A stretch of 63,069 nt of DNA, the filler included, from Octopus bimaculoides (Eukaryota), in NCBI RefSeq assembly GCF_001194135.2. It is 9 parts of 9 records of this genome, joined end to end, with 100 filler letters (N's around TTAATTAATTAA, not from the genome) between each part and the next. Parts side by side here need not be neighbours in the genome. Positions count along the whole stretch, not along the records: positions 8,043 to 17,866 come from NC_069009.1; positions 17,967 to 30,447 come from NC_068996.1; 7 more parts are not named here. The stretch is one strand, 5' to 3'. Below the pieces are notes generated by a model, which saw only the letters and a program-made list of their open reading frames with translations, searched no databases and was not told where the DNA came from. This document shows positions 11,331 through 23,326 of the stretch, in pieces. Position 1 is the stretch's first letter, and each line of letters starts with the position of its first letter. The position numbers were made by a program, and so were the translations under genes.

Positions 11331-12118
11331 TATCTTGTCTCAAGTCAAAAGTGCAGTAACAACGCCTCATTTTGCCCCCCTCCCCCGGCCATTTGTTAAT
11401 GAAATTTTCTACAAATATCTTTCAGTGTAACTTACAATTATATTGGAGGAAATTAGTAAGGACACCCATACAGACATACAGACACACATCACAGCTTTTT
11501 ACTGAAATTTCAAGTTTCATTTTGTAGATATATGTGATGTGCCTCAGTAGATATGTGTATGAGTCCATGAAATTTATTTTTCCATATCACATTCTGATAT
11601 AATCACAATGTACACACACTGAAAGGCACTTATACTTATTTTTCTGAAAGTTATGAAGAAACAAAGCTGACTTGCGTGAATTTTTCAAAACCCACCTCCC
11701 CACTCGCAAAAAATCTTTTTTTCACAACACTGATGAAAAGAACGGAACTGAGAACTGAGCATTGATAAACACCCATCTGTACACCAAATTTTGCCCTGGT
11801 TACTAATTTGCCCCCCCCCCTTTTTTTTCTGAACGTTAGGAGGAAACAAAGGCGACTAATTTGAATTTTCTGGAACTCTTCACCTGACGTTTGAAAAATG
11901 TTTTTTCAGCACAGAATCTACACAATCTGAGACATATTTGCAGAAAATTTAGTTAAAAAATATCCATTTTTCTGAAAGTTATGAGATATCAAATTCGTGT
12001 GTGTGTGTGTGTGGGGGGGGTCACATGTAGAGGTAAGCCTCATACTATACCAATATACAGTATAAGGTTTATTCAATTAAAATTAAACAAAGAAAAGTGA
12101 AGACTATGATTCCATTTA

Positions 12119-13317
12119 GTGAAAGGCAGACTTTATGATGTCGTGTGTGAACAGCCATGCTATACGGCAGTGAAACATGGGCTGTGACTGCTGAGGACGT
12201 GTGGGCTTGTAAGAAATGAAGCTAGTATGCCATGCTGGAGGTGTAATGCCAGTGTGCATGCAAGACATAAGAAGCATCAGATGTGGTGTGCAAGAGAGAC
12301 GACTGTGTTGGTATGGTCATGTGATGCATATGGATGAGGTCAGCTGTGTGAAGAAGTTGCACTCTAATGGTGGAGGGAACCTGTGGAAGAGGTAGACCCA
12401 GGAAGACCTCCAAAGATCTCAGTCACTTGCCATTGCCTCTGTGAGGCCCAACATTCGAAGATTGTGCTTCACCACCTCATCCCATGTCTCACAGAGGCAA
12501 TGACAAGCAACTGAGACCTTTGGAGGTATGTCGTGCTTGAGAAGACCTGTCAAGCCAAGTGAGATTGTAGTCATGGCTGGTGCCAGTGTTGTTTAACTGT
12601 TAAAAGCACCCTTCAATCATTGGGCAATATGCTGTGCTTGTGAAGACCTGTTGAACCGAGGGAAATCAAAGTCATGACCGATGTGCTGGTGGCACGTAAA
12701 AGTACCTTTTGTGTGTTGGGCCACATGGAGGCAATGATGTCATGGCCGAGTGAGATCATAGTGGTGGCCGATGCCAGTGTTGCATGACTGGCCTGTTAAA
12801 AGCACCCTTCAATTGTTGGGTGATATGCTGTGCTTGTGAGGACCTGTTGAACTGAGTGAAATTGTAGTTGTGGTCGATGCCACTGCCCTCTGACTGGCAC
12901 CTCTGCCGTCTGACTGGCACCTCTGCCGTCTGACTGGCACCTCTGCCTTCTGACTGGCACCCATGCTGGTGGCTTATAAAAATCACCATTTGAGTGTTGG
13001 GCCTCATGGAGACAGTAACAAGTGACCAAGACCTTTGGCGATACGCCATGCTTGTCAAACCAAGTGAGACCATAGTCATGGCCGATGCTCATGTCAGGTC
13101 AATGGCACCCATGCCAGTGGCACGTAAAAAACACCCATTACACTCTCAGAGTGGTTGGCATTAGGAAGGGCATCCAACTGTAGAAACATTGCCAAATCAG
13201 ATTGGAACCTGGTGTAGCCCCCACCCCCTCCCCACGCGCTTACCAGTTTTCAGTCAAACCGTCCAACTCATGCCAGCATGGAAAGTGGACATTCAACGAT
13301 GATGATGATGATGATGA
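12119..13317 (+). pseudogene. RTE-clade LINE 3' fragment (degenerate RT C-terminus, long 3' UTR, (GAT)n tail)
   Basis: Frameshifted VKGRLYD..AMLYGSETWAVTAED..QERRLCWYGHVMHMDE..CGRGRPRKT; the UTR ends gccagcatggaaagtggacattcaacgatgatgatg; an internal ~20-bp tandem (ctgactggcacctctgccgt x4) lies near 12888-12960. Confidence 0.85.
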
Positions 13318-14189
13318 GATATGGGTAGAAATTAATACGCTTCTAAATGGTTTATTTTTTGTTAAGTGTTTCTCTTGAAGTTGCCTGACTATGAAACTAG
13401 CATCTCCACTAAAATGCTTCTCCCCTTGGCAAAGTCAAACTGCATTTTGTCTAGCTCCTAATTAATTGGGCTATAACTCTCTCTGTCATTTTCATCACCT
13501 GGCCCAGAAGTTTGGTGCCTCTATAATTGTTTCTATCGAAGGCAGTTTCCCTTACCCCTGTAGCAGCCAACAATACTGCTGCTAAACCAGTTACTGGGTA
13601 TTAGGCTTTCCTGAATAACCTGATTAACTATGTGGGTGACTAATCCATATCCTACCCTACCAAATACTTTGAGCATCTCAGCAGTGACTCCAGATGGACC
13701 CTTCTGGCCCCAACACTCAATACTATTTAATTAATTGTGAAGGAATGAATGGCAAAGTTGACCTTGGTGGGATTTGAACTCAGAACCATAAGATATGTGT
13801 AAGTGTTGTGTGTACCCTTGTCCTGACATCACTTGATGGTTGTAAACATGCCTCACCGTTATACAATCGATGTCATTCATTTTCAGTCTTCCATATCTGG
13901 CCATGGCGAAATATTACCTTGCTTGGAAGGGCATCCAGCACTTTACTCCCCCAACTTTTTTCTTGGATTTTCAAAAACTGACCTCCAACTTTTTTATATT
14001 ATCTTTTGTTTTCATAACATCTTTGCCAGACAAAAGCATTTTTATAATAAATGTTCATGCTTGTTTTCAGACACTTAGTTAGTCCATGTTTCATATCTTT
14101 TAAGTAATATAAAGCTTTCCTTTCATAAATCCCAAATTACTCTGGGGAATATGTATCATATATGATGCATGAACACCAGGAAAATCATC

Positions 14190-14480
14190 ATCATCATTAT
14201 CGTCATCATCATCTTCATCATTTAATGTCCGTTTTCCATACTGGCATGGGTTGAGCGGTTTGACAGGAGTTGGTAAGATTGGGGGGGTCACACTGGGCCC
14301 TTGTCTGTTTTGGCATAGATTCTAGGGCTGGGTCCTTCCTAACACCAACCACTTTATAGAGTATACTTGGTGCTTTTTACGTGGAATAAGCACCAGTGCC
14401 TTTTATGTGGCACCAGCCCCAGTGGTTTTTACATGACATCAACACAGGTACTTTTTATGTGGCACCAGCGCTGACAGGGT
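14190..14480 (-). mobile_element. RTE-family 3' tail (or derived SINE)
   Basis: Reverse complement of the tail at 13100-13317 (tttaatgtccgttttccatactggcatgggtt) with a (CAT)n end. Confidence 0.75.
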
Positions 14481-14724
14481 CACTTAGCAACTTGCAAGAC
14501 AAATACCCCCGATACTGGGGGTGGATTTGTCCCAGTTGATGTGGTCCTGTATATCACATGATACACAGGGTGAACAAAGGGTTGAATACAAATCTTGTGT
14601 TTTTAATGTTTTAAAGATATTTAGAATTTGAAAATGAATTATATTGATAATGAGAATAAGGTTGAAATGGAAAAAACATCATTTTAAATATTTAGAAAAT
14701 GTAATTGGAATTCATGGAAGAGGG

Positions 14725-15135
14725 AAATCTAGGAAAACATGGGATGAAGTGCTGATGGATGACCTCAAGACACTGAACTTTATGGAGGAGTTGACAAAAG
14801 ATTGAGATCTGGCCCCTTGCTGTACTCAAGAAGACTCATCCTCCAGAGCAGAAGTGTCAATGCTGCTCACCCTGGTAGAGAGGGTTGGCCTGCAAGAGTT
14901 CTGTGCTGGGGCCACATAGAAAGGACTGGCGTCAGATACGCAGTAGCACTCATGCCAGTGCTATGTTAAAAGCACTCAGCTTGCACTGTGAAGTAGTTGG
15001 TGTTAGGAAGGGCACCCAGCTGTAGAAACCAAGCCAAATCAGGAAGGGGCCTGGTGCAGCTCTCTGCCTTGCCAGCTGTGGTCAAACCATCCAACCCATG
15101 CCAGCGTGGAAAACGGACATTAAAGGATGATGATG
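14725..15135 (+). mobile_element. RTE-family 3' end
   Basis: RKTWDEVLMDDLKTLNFMEELTKD coding end, then the shared tail gttggtgttaggaagggcacccagctgtagaaac...aaaacggacattaaaggatgatgatg. Confidence 0.75.
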
Positions 15136-15241
15136 CAATAACTAATGCTTTTATACACACATCAAATATAAACAAAATATATTTATACACTTTAGATAGT
15201 AGCACACTATAATTTATATACTTGTAAATTTTATATATATA

Positions 15242-15396
15242 GGCAAGGTTATGTGGTTAGAAGTTTGCTTCCCAATCACATGGTTCTGGGTCCAGTATCG
15301 CTACATGGCACCTTGTGCGTGTGCCTTCTACTATAGTTCCAGGCTGACTAAAGCTTTGTGAGGGGATTTGGTCGATGGAAACTGAACGAAGCCCAT

Positions 15397-15427
<31 letters not shown>
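15242..15427 (+). mobile_element. SINE family A, 5' half
   Basis: ttatgtggttagaagtttgcttcccaatcacatggttctgggtcc...atggaaactgaacgaagccc then (CA)n running into a gap. Confidence 0.8.
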
Positions 15428-16980
15428 NNNNNNNNNNNNNNNNNNNNNNNNNNNNNNNNNNNNNNNNNNNNNNNNNNNNNNNNNNNNNNNNNNNNNNNNN
15501 NNNNNNNNNNNNNNNNNNNNNNNNNNNCTGGGCTAGATGTGAATGCTTAAAATCTTTGTAGGCGGTACTACAGCATGGCCGCAGTCTAACGACGGAACGG
15601 AGACTGCTCGAGCGAACAAGGACGACAGAAGAGGAGAGGAGGGATGTGAAGAAGAACTGCATCAGTACTTAAGGGAGATAACTAGACTTGTACAACAAGT
15701 AATAAATCGGTTAACTTGTGCGTCATAAGGGAAATTAAGCTAGGGGAGAGGAACTTTATAGGAGGCGGAGGAAGAGAGGAAGCTGCAAGGTGTCTAATAT
15801 ATATATATCTACAGCAAACTATGTATATATATATAAGCAGGCTACACACACACATATATAATAATAATATGTATATATATATTTATATATACGATGAGTA
15901 TATATAGGGATGAATTATCCAGGCTGGTATAGTTGTTCAATTAAAAGAAATTGTTGATGTACCAGTCTCTTCTTTTAAAAAATTAATGGGAAAAAAGCCT
16001 CTCAGTTACAGACGATTTATCTCACTTTACGTCGCTCTCAGCGAACATTGCTTAAAAGCATAACTTAAAAAAACAAAGTAAAAATTATTTAAAAAAACTA
16101 GTACAGAAATGGAAAAACCAAATAAAATATATTTGACAATATGTACAAACAATTTATTAAAGCAGATATAAGTTAATAAAATATTTTAAATCTATTTTTT
16201 TTCCATGTTAGTCATTTTCCGAGTTAAGTCGCCACATCTTGAGATGATTTACAGGCGTAAGTTGAGGTACACGGGGCCGCCCTATGTGCGGGAGACTATA
16301 TTCGATGGTGTTAGGGCATAAAATGGGTTAACGTTAACATGTTCGCCTATTGTTCTGTGTCTCACATTTTGTTACCTGTGTGGATATATATCTACTAATT
16401 ACGATTGTACTAATTATTCTTATCGCCGACAGATGGGCGATGCTGCTGATACCGTCTAAAGAAAAGGTACTTGCATTGTGCTGCGCGACACACACACACA
16501 CATGGAGGGGTGTATCATTATATAAACACACTGAGAAATACTTTCGTTGTTCCTCATATTCATCTGTGTCATTCTCAACATACACACATATATATATAGA
16601 CACGCATACATATATGTAGGGTAACTGCGAAAAGTGCTATAAATCGCGTCACACAACAAAAATCTACGCGAACGAGAGAGATAGAGAGAGAGATACGGAN
16701 NNNNNNNNNTTCTCAACATACACACATATATATATAGACACGCATACATATATGTAGGGTAACTGCGAAAAGTGCTATAAATCGCGTCACACAACAAAAA
16801 TCTACGCGAACGAGAGAGATAGAGAGAGAGATACGGAGAGATAAAGATAGATAGATAGATAGAGAGAGCGAGACTGACGTTGTCTAAACGGTGCTGTGTC
16901 GGTGTGTTAGACCAGACAGATACAAACTTTTTCTAAAAACAAACTTTCTAGTTGTGTCTAACATAAGACAAGCAGTGACT

Positions 16981-17209
16981 ATGGAAGGTAATGTTCGAGT
17001 CCCACGTCGTTTAAAACGTTACTTCAGCTCCATGTGCCTGGTCAGTGTCTTCCTGATGGTGCTTGTGGGACCAGGGGCCATCATAACAGTTCTCGGTCAA
17101 ACCATGTCCTTTTTTAATCTTACAAACTTGCTTGGGTCGTTCGGCAGTTTGATCGAATCTTTGGCCGGTTTCGGCAAGGGTGGAAGTTGTACCTTTAAAT
17201 GTCCCGATG
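16981..17209 (+). CDS. Exon 1 of a group XII secreted phospholipase A2-like gene
   Basis: ATG at 16981; MEGNVRVPRRLKRYFSSMCLVSVFLMVLVGPGAIITVLGQTMSFFNLTNLLGSFGSLIESLAGFGKGGSCTFKCPDG has a hydrophobic signal-like stretch. The end GGSCTFKCPDG matches the group XII motif (human PLA2G12A GLCQYKCSDG, from memory), with a phase-1 donor GAT G|gtaagt at the position where I recall that intron. The catalytic CCxxHD exon was not seen. Confidence 0.7.
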
Positions 17210-17521
17210 GTAAGTAATTATGCCTCGTTTTTTGGATCTGTGTCTGTGTCTAATTATATCTTCTGTTAATGATACTCTCTCGCTATGTGAGTGTATTTAT
17301 ATTTATCTGTCTGCATTGTGGATCTTCCATCTGTGACCATCCCATCTTTTATTCAGCCACAATGTATCTAGGATTACATTATCTAATAGTATAGTACAGT
17401 AGTTATTACGAGCAATAGTTGTTGTTTAGCCCAAGGTCAGACCTGATCCGGGCAGAGCTACATCGAAAGATGTCCTAGTCGTGACCATTCCATCTTTTAT
17501 TCAGACATCGTATAGGCCTGT

Positions 17522-17866
17522 CTAAGAGTACATTGTTTAGAATAAAGTATAGTAATTTGTATAAGTGGTTATAGTTAATGTTTTTAGCCCTAGGTCCGTA
17601 CAGATCCGGCAGGTCTATGATCAACTATGTCTTTTATTCATCTAGGACTACATCTTGTCGAGTTATATCGAAGGAATGCCAAATGTTGTTATTATTTAGC
17701 TTCAAGTCAGACATTATTCGACACACCTGTAATCAAAGACATTCCAGGTGTGATCGTCTCGTTTTTAATTCGGACACAGTATATCTAGGACCACATTATC
17801 TAACGCATAATGTCCTAGTAAGTAGTGGTGGCTGTAGTTGTTTTTGTTTAGCCAAATCGGTCCTCA
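17522..17866 (+). repeat. 345-bp segment identical to 8043-8387, part of a tandem cluster of a degenerate ~110-120-bp repeat
   Basis: Identical copy that ends at a linker gap. The unit gttgtttagccc..ggtca..ctgatc..gcag.cctatgatcaaa..cattccag.cgtgacc recurs at ~17420, 17580, 17690 and 17835. Confidence 0.9.
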
Positions 17867-17991
17867 NNNNNNNNNNNNNNNNNNNNNNNNNNNNNNNNNN
17901 NNNNNNNNNNTTAATTAATTAANNNNNNNNNNNNNNNNNNNNNNNNNNNNNNNNNNNNNNNNNNNNTATATAGATATATATATATATATAT

Positions 17992-18046
<55 letters not shown>

Positions 18047-18152
18047 CATACATACATACATACATACATACATACATACATACATGCATACATACATACA
18101 CACATACACATACACACGCGCACGCGCGCACACATACATACATACATACATA

Positions 18153-18506
18153 TGCCTAAATACCAATCTTGAGAAATTAGGCTTCTCAAAATCAGAAAAG
18201 AGAAAGCTAATTCGAAGATTACAGATCCAATCCATCACTGGAACTGTGAAAATCTGTAAAACTTTCCAGAAGTTTATCATTTAAGCACGTCTAGATATGC
18301 AACTATATGCATGAGAATCCATACACAAAACAAAACATACAAATCTGTTCATATATGTACATACATACATACATACATACATACATACATACATACATAC
18401 ATACATACATACATAAAAACAAAAATACTCTTGAAATTCCAATGAAGAGGACTTGGATCTAGGTAAGAAATCAGGTCCTTCTCTATTGGCAAGAAATCTT
18501 GAAATA
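18153..18506 (+). mobile_element. RLE-type (R4-like) LINE 3' end
   Basis: CLNTNLEKLGFSKSEKRKLIRRLQIQSITGTVKICKTFQKFII* plus a 3' UTR with internal (TACA)n; homologous to 44335-44735. Confidence 0.85.
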
Positions 18507-19249
18507 TACATATAGATACTTAATGTATAATATATGAATTCATATAAACCAGTAGTAATCTAATCACAAAAAAGCTTCTTTACTGGACCCGGCTACAACC
18601 AATATAGCAAGCCAATATGTAGAAATGAATTGTAGAGTCATATGCAGTTGGAATCCAGTAAGTCAAATCAACGAACATATTTCGTGCTGAGAATATAAAG
18701 AAAGTTAGGAGGTGAATATATTCACTTCACCAGTTGATATCCACAGGGTGACAGCCGTTTTGCAGCCAACATCATACAAAAATAATATATTTTAGTATAT
18801 AATAAATGATTTTACATGTGTGCACTAGTGTTTATGTTTACAACAATATTTCAACTTCGATATATACAGACAAAAAAAATGTACAATACTGCTATGCAAT
18901 TTATAGTATATATACAAGTGCGCAAATATAAAATAATTTATTATACACTAAAATTAATTATATTTCCATGATTTGGGCGGCGAATGGATATATATATCCA
19001 ATGGATATATATATCGTCATTAGTTCATATATTTTAGGATTCTTGCTCTCTTTACCAAGCAAAGATTACATAGTTTGCTCCTGGTTGTTCAAGGAACTTC
19101 CATTTAATTATGTGTGGGATTCCTTCCTCTTTTAAACGACACACGTGGCTGGTCAGAGACCTGATATTGCACCTTTCCAGTATACTATAAGATCACCTGT
19201 CGTTGTTTAGACGTTACTTAAAAAGAGCCTCGGTTGAACCGACATATTT

Positions 19250-19530
19250 CATGTGTGTGCCAATTTCGGGCACTCACTAATAATCTGCCATATTGCTTCA
19301 TCTCTCTCATCACACATTCAGCATTTGTCGGTCTCAGTTGAGTTATCAATTCTGCACTTGACAGAGTTTGTCCTCAATGCTTCTTCTTGTGCCGCGCATA
19401 TAAGTGCTTCCGTTTCTATCTTCAAGTTACTCCTCCGCATCCATAACCACCGGTCTTCTGTTTCAGTCTTGGTGCTCATATTTATGCCAAACTGACCGTA
19501 CATTATTTTTTTTTTCAATGACATGTCTCT
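19250..19530 (-). pseudogene. RLE-type (R4-like) LINE fragment: RT C-terminus and CCHC knuckle
   Basis: KKKIMYGQF...WLWMRRSNLKIETEALICAAQEEALRTNSVKCRIDNSTETDKC*MCD...IISECPKLA; the ETE..ICAAQEQAL.T motif is typical of this clade. Confidence 0.85.
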
Positions 19531-19551
19531 TTTTATATTCTTTAGCTCTTT

Positions 19552-19552
<1 letters not shown>

Positions 19553-19600
<48 letters not shown>

Positions 19601-19619
19601 ACAACAACAACAACAACAT
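19553..19619. repeat. (CAT)n(CAA)n microsatellite
   Basis: Direct reading; source of the poly-H/Q and poly-D pseudo-ORFs. Confidence 0.95.
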
Positions 19620-21915
19620 TATTAATCATAAAAAAAAATAATACATAGAAGATGGAATAACACTCGTATAAAAAAATTTATGGCAATGAAGGCCACAGCA
19701 ATCGACAGCACCAATAACGCCATTGCCGCAACCAGCATGACTACATTATCCACAACCAACACCAACACAATATCAAAGCCACTAGCTGTACCATCGCCAA
19801 CACATTCCCAAACTCAATGCTGTTCTCACAACAAATAAGTTGTTGATAATTCTACTTGTCTTCCAATATTATCGTCTCTATTAATTCTACAAACGTCCTT
19901 ATTATCATTGTTTGCTTACGCGTTCTTCAAGAAGACGTATATTAATTTATTTAGTCATCAGCAGCAGCAGTACTATTATCATCACTATTGCCGTCGTCGT
20001 CGTCATTGTCGACGTATTCATGATAACAGTCATATTAATGATAATTGTTCATATCAAGTATTTCGTTTTCGTCATCATTGTCATCGTCATCGTCACCATC
20101 GTTGCTGTGTCTTTCTCATCATCGTTATAATCATCTCCATCAAACTGCGTGTGTGTACGCATGTGTGTAGTGAGGCTGAGAGAGAAAGCTAGTAAAGGGG
20201 GATGTAGATAGAAATAGACAGATATATATATATATATATANNNNNNNNNNNNNNNNNNNNNNNNNNNNNNNNNNNNNNNNNNNNNNNNNNNNNNNNNNNN
20301 NNNNNNNNNNNNNNNNNNNNNNNNNNNNNNNNNNNNNNNNNNNNNNNNNNNNNNNNNNNNNNNNNNNNNNNNNNNNNNNNNNNNNNNNNNNNNNNNNNNN
20401 NNNNNNNNNNNNNNNNNNNNNNNNNNNNNNNNNNNNNNNNNNNNNNNNNNNNNNNNNNNNNNNNNNNNNNNNNNNNNNNNNNNNNNNNNNNNNNNNNNNN
20501 NNNNNNNNNNNNNNNNNNNNNNNNNNNNNNNNNNNNNNNNNNNNNNNNNNNNNNNNNNNNNNNNNNNNNNNNNNNNNNNNNNNNNNNNNNNNNNNNNNNN
20601 NNNNNNNNNNNNNNNNNNNNNNNNNNNNNNNNNNNNNNNNNNNNNNNNNNNNNNNNNNNNNNNNNNNNNNNNNNNNNNNNNNNNNNNNNNNNNNNNNNNN
20701 NNNNNNNNNNNNNNNNNNNNNNNNNNNNNNNNNNNNNNNNNNNNNNNNNNNNNNNNNNNNNNNNNNNNNNNNNNNNNNNNNNNNNNNNNNNNNNNNNNNN
20801 NNNNNNNNNNNNNNNNNNNNNNNNNNNNNNNNNNNNNNNNNNNNNNNNNNNNNNNNNNNNNNNNNNNNNNNNNNNNNNNNNNNNNNNNNNNNNNNNNNNN
20901 NNNNNNNNNNNNNNNNNNNNNNNNNNNNNNNNNNNNNNNNNNNNNNNNNNNNNNNNNNNNNNNNNNNNNNNNNNNNNNNNNNNNNNNNNNNNNNNNNNNN
21001 NNNNNNNNNNNNNNNNNNNNNNNNNNNNNNNNNNNNNNNNNNNNNNNNNNNNNNNNNNNNNNNNNNNNNNNNNNNNNNNNNNNNNNNNNNNNNNNNNNNN
21101 NNNNNNNNNNNNNNNNNNNNNNNNNNNNNNNNNNNNNNNNNNNNNNNNNNNNNNNNNNNNNNNNNNNNNNNNNNNNNNNNNNNNNNNNNNNNNNNNNNNN
21201 NNNNNNNNNNNNNNNNNNNNNNNNNNATATATATATAGTATTGTTTGCATGAGTATGTTTGTGTATGTATATCTGAATGTATGTCAGTATGTATGTATGT
21301 ATGTATGTATGTATGTATGTATGTATGTATGTATGTATGTATGTATGTACGTATGTATGTATGTATGTAGTGTTCATGCACTTATAAGACAAACGAGGTA
21401 ATTTATCAGAAATTAACCAATGTTTAATGACGAGTCAGCACCAGAATTGTTTAAAAACTCTTTTCAGAAATAAAAGAGTTGATTCGCCAAAATGGCGACA
21501 AGAAAATAATCGCCAGCATAAAAAAAATATAAACAACAAACATCATGAAAAATAAAGTACTTAATGAACAGGATCAATTCACAGTTCATTCAATCTCATT
21601 GTTATTATACTTATCGTTAGAGATATTTTCTATGTGTATACAGTATATATACACGTATATATCCATAGATGCCAAACTCAAACATATGCATACTAACAGG
21701 CACAAACACAATACACACACATATACATACATGTATACGTGCACACATACGCATATATATATATATATACATACGCTCACTTACATACATATACATACAT
21801 ACCAAACACGCACACAGAAGCATATTTCATACATACATATATACATATACATACATATATGTATACATACACATACATACATACATATTCATCTTTTGTG
21901 GTATTGATCTGAAGC

Positions 21916-23326
21916 TGTGGTGAAGGCGGAAGTGGGAGAGTTGGTAGGCTCTGTCGGAGGAAAAGGGCAGTGTGCAGCGGACAGTGTGAAGTCAAGATGT
22001 GTGTGTAAGACCAAGAGAAGGAAACGACCACGTGGGTGGTGAGAGAATGCTCCCTCCAAATCGGCAGGTTAAAAAGCCTCAATTCTCCTTTTTCATAATT
22101 TCCCCTTCATACCACAAGCTATTTCGGCTCATTGCGAAGCGTCCAAAAATAAAAATTTACTGTCCACGGTAAAATATGGCATCGAAAATTAGACTCGGCA
22201 ACGACATGTTGAAATCATTCTCTTGCCAAGGGGACATGGTGGCCTGGATGAAGAAGGTAAAGCTGATAAAATAATTGCAGGGGTTACAGGACGTAGCCGG
22301 CTTCCTACCGTTGTATTTAGAAGGTAGCGCGCTGAGCCTATATCTAGAGATGTCGGAAGACGATCAGCAAAAGATCGAAAAGATCGAGGAACGGTTGAAA
22401 GTTGCTTATACGGAGAGAGCCTTTAAGGTGTATAGTAAGCTCGGAAGCGTGAGGAGAACAGGTCGATGACTATGCGAGTGAGATTAGGAGATTGGTGGCT
22501 TTAGCAGGGATTTCTGGCGATGCAATGGAGTGTTGTGAGGTTGGCCTTTGTGACCGGATTTCTCGATCACATTTCAATAAGTTTGCAGCAGCTACCGGGT
22601 ATCCACACCATGCCGGTGAGCGAGTTAATAAAGAAGAATGAGGCGAGAGAAGCTGAGCAAACGACGAAGGGACCATGTTTCAGGTGACTGGATCCTCATA
22701 TAGTCAGAGACTGCACGGCACCAAAACCGGAAGTGGTGTGTTACCGGTGTGACCAGCCTGGGTACATTACTAACCAATGTAAACAGGGAAACGGAGAGAG
22801 GGGAGCTACTGTGCCGGTAGCTACACCGTCAACTGACTAGAGACGTACTCGTGGTCACTGCCAATAATAAACGTTCAGGTGGGGTCGAGAGAAGCTCAAG
22901 CCCTTGTGGATACCGGTTGCACTGCAGCCTTGGTGACTGTAAAAATGGTGACTAGCTGGGGTGGTAACCCAATTCTGAGCACAGGGGATGGCAAGAAGGT
23001 TATGTAAAGTTGATAGTGCAAGGGTCGGCAGTGAAGGTTCAGGCGATTGCTGTCGACGAAGTGGTGGATGGCGTTGACGTAGTGGTGGGAATGGACGTGA
23101 TTGTCTGGCTGGGTGGCGTGACGGTAGGCGAGAAGGGGCCAAATTCGATGCACACGATGGATGGTAAAGTACTTCTGGAAGGGTGAGCCCTCGGTGTTAC
23201 GAAACAGATCGAGCTGTTATGAACACACCTACAAAGGAGGAACCAGGAATTAATTCGAGAGGGGGGTGGATCGATGGATAGAGGAGGGTATTTTGAGGTC
23301 ATGGGGAAGAGAAGTGTAAAATGGTG
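21916..23326 (+). mobile_element. Degenerate Ty3/Gypsy LTR retrotransposon: putative 5' LTR, gag, protease, start of RT; 3'-truncated
   Basis: Putative LTR 21916-22116 (tgtggt...accaca); gag GDMVAWMKKVKL..LPLYLEGSALSLYLEMSEDDQ; knuckle CYRCDQPGYITNQC (~22747); protease ALVDTGCT (~22905) and VVGMDVIVWLGGVTV; stops and frameshifts throughout. Confidence 0.85.

Noticed and set aside
20049-21392. Long ORFs in the track (also 33020-34214, 40395-46545, 61252-62217)
   Set aside because: They are long only because N runs contain no stops; the flanks are microsatellite translations (YI, HT, CV, MY runs).
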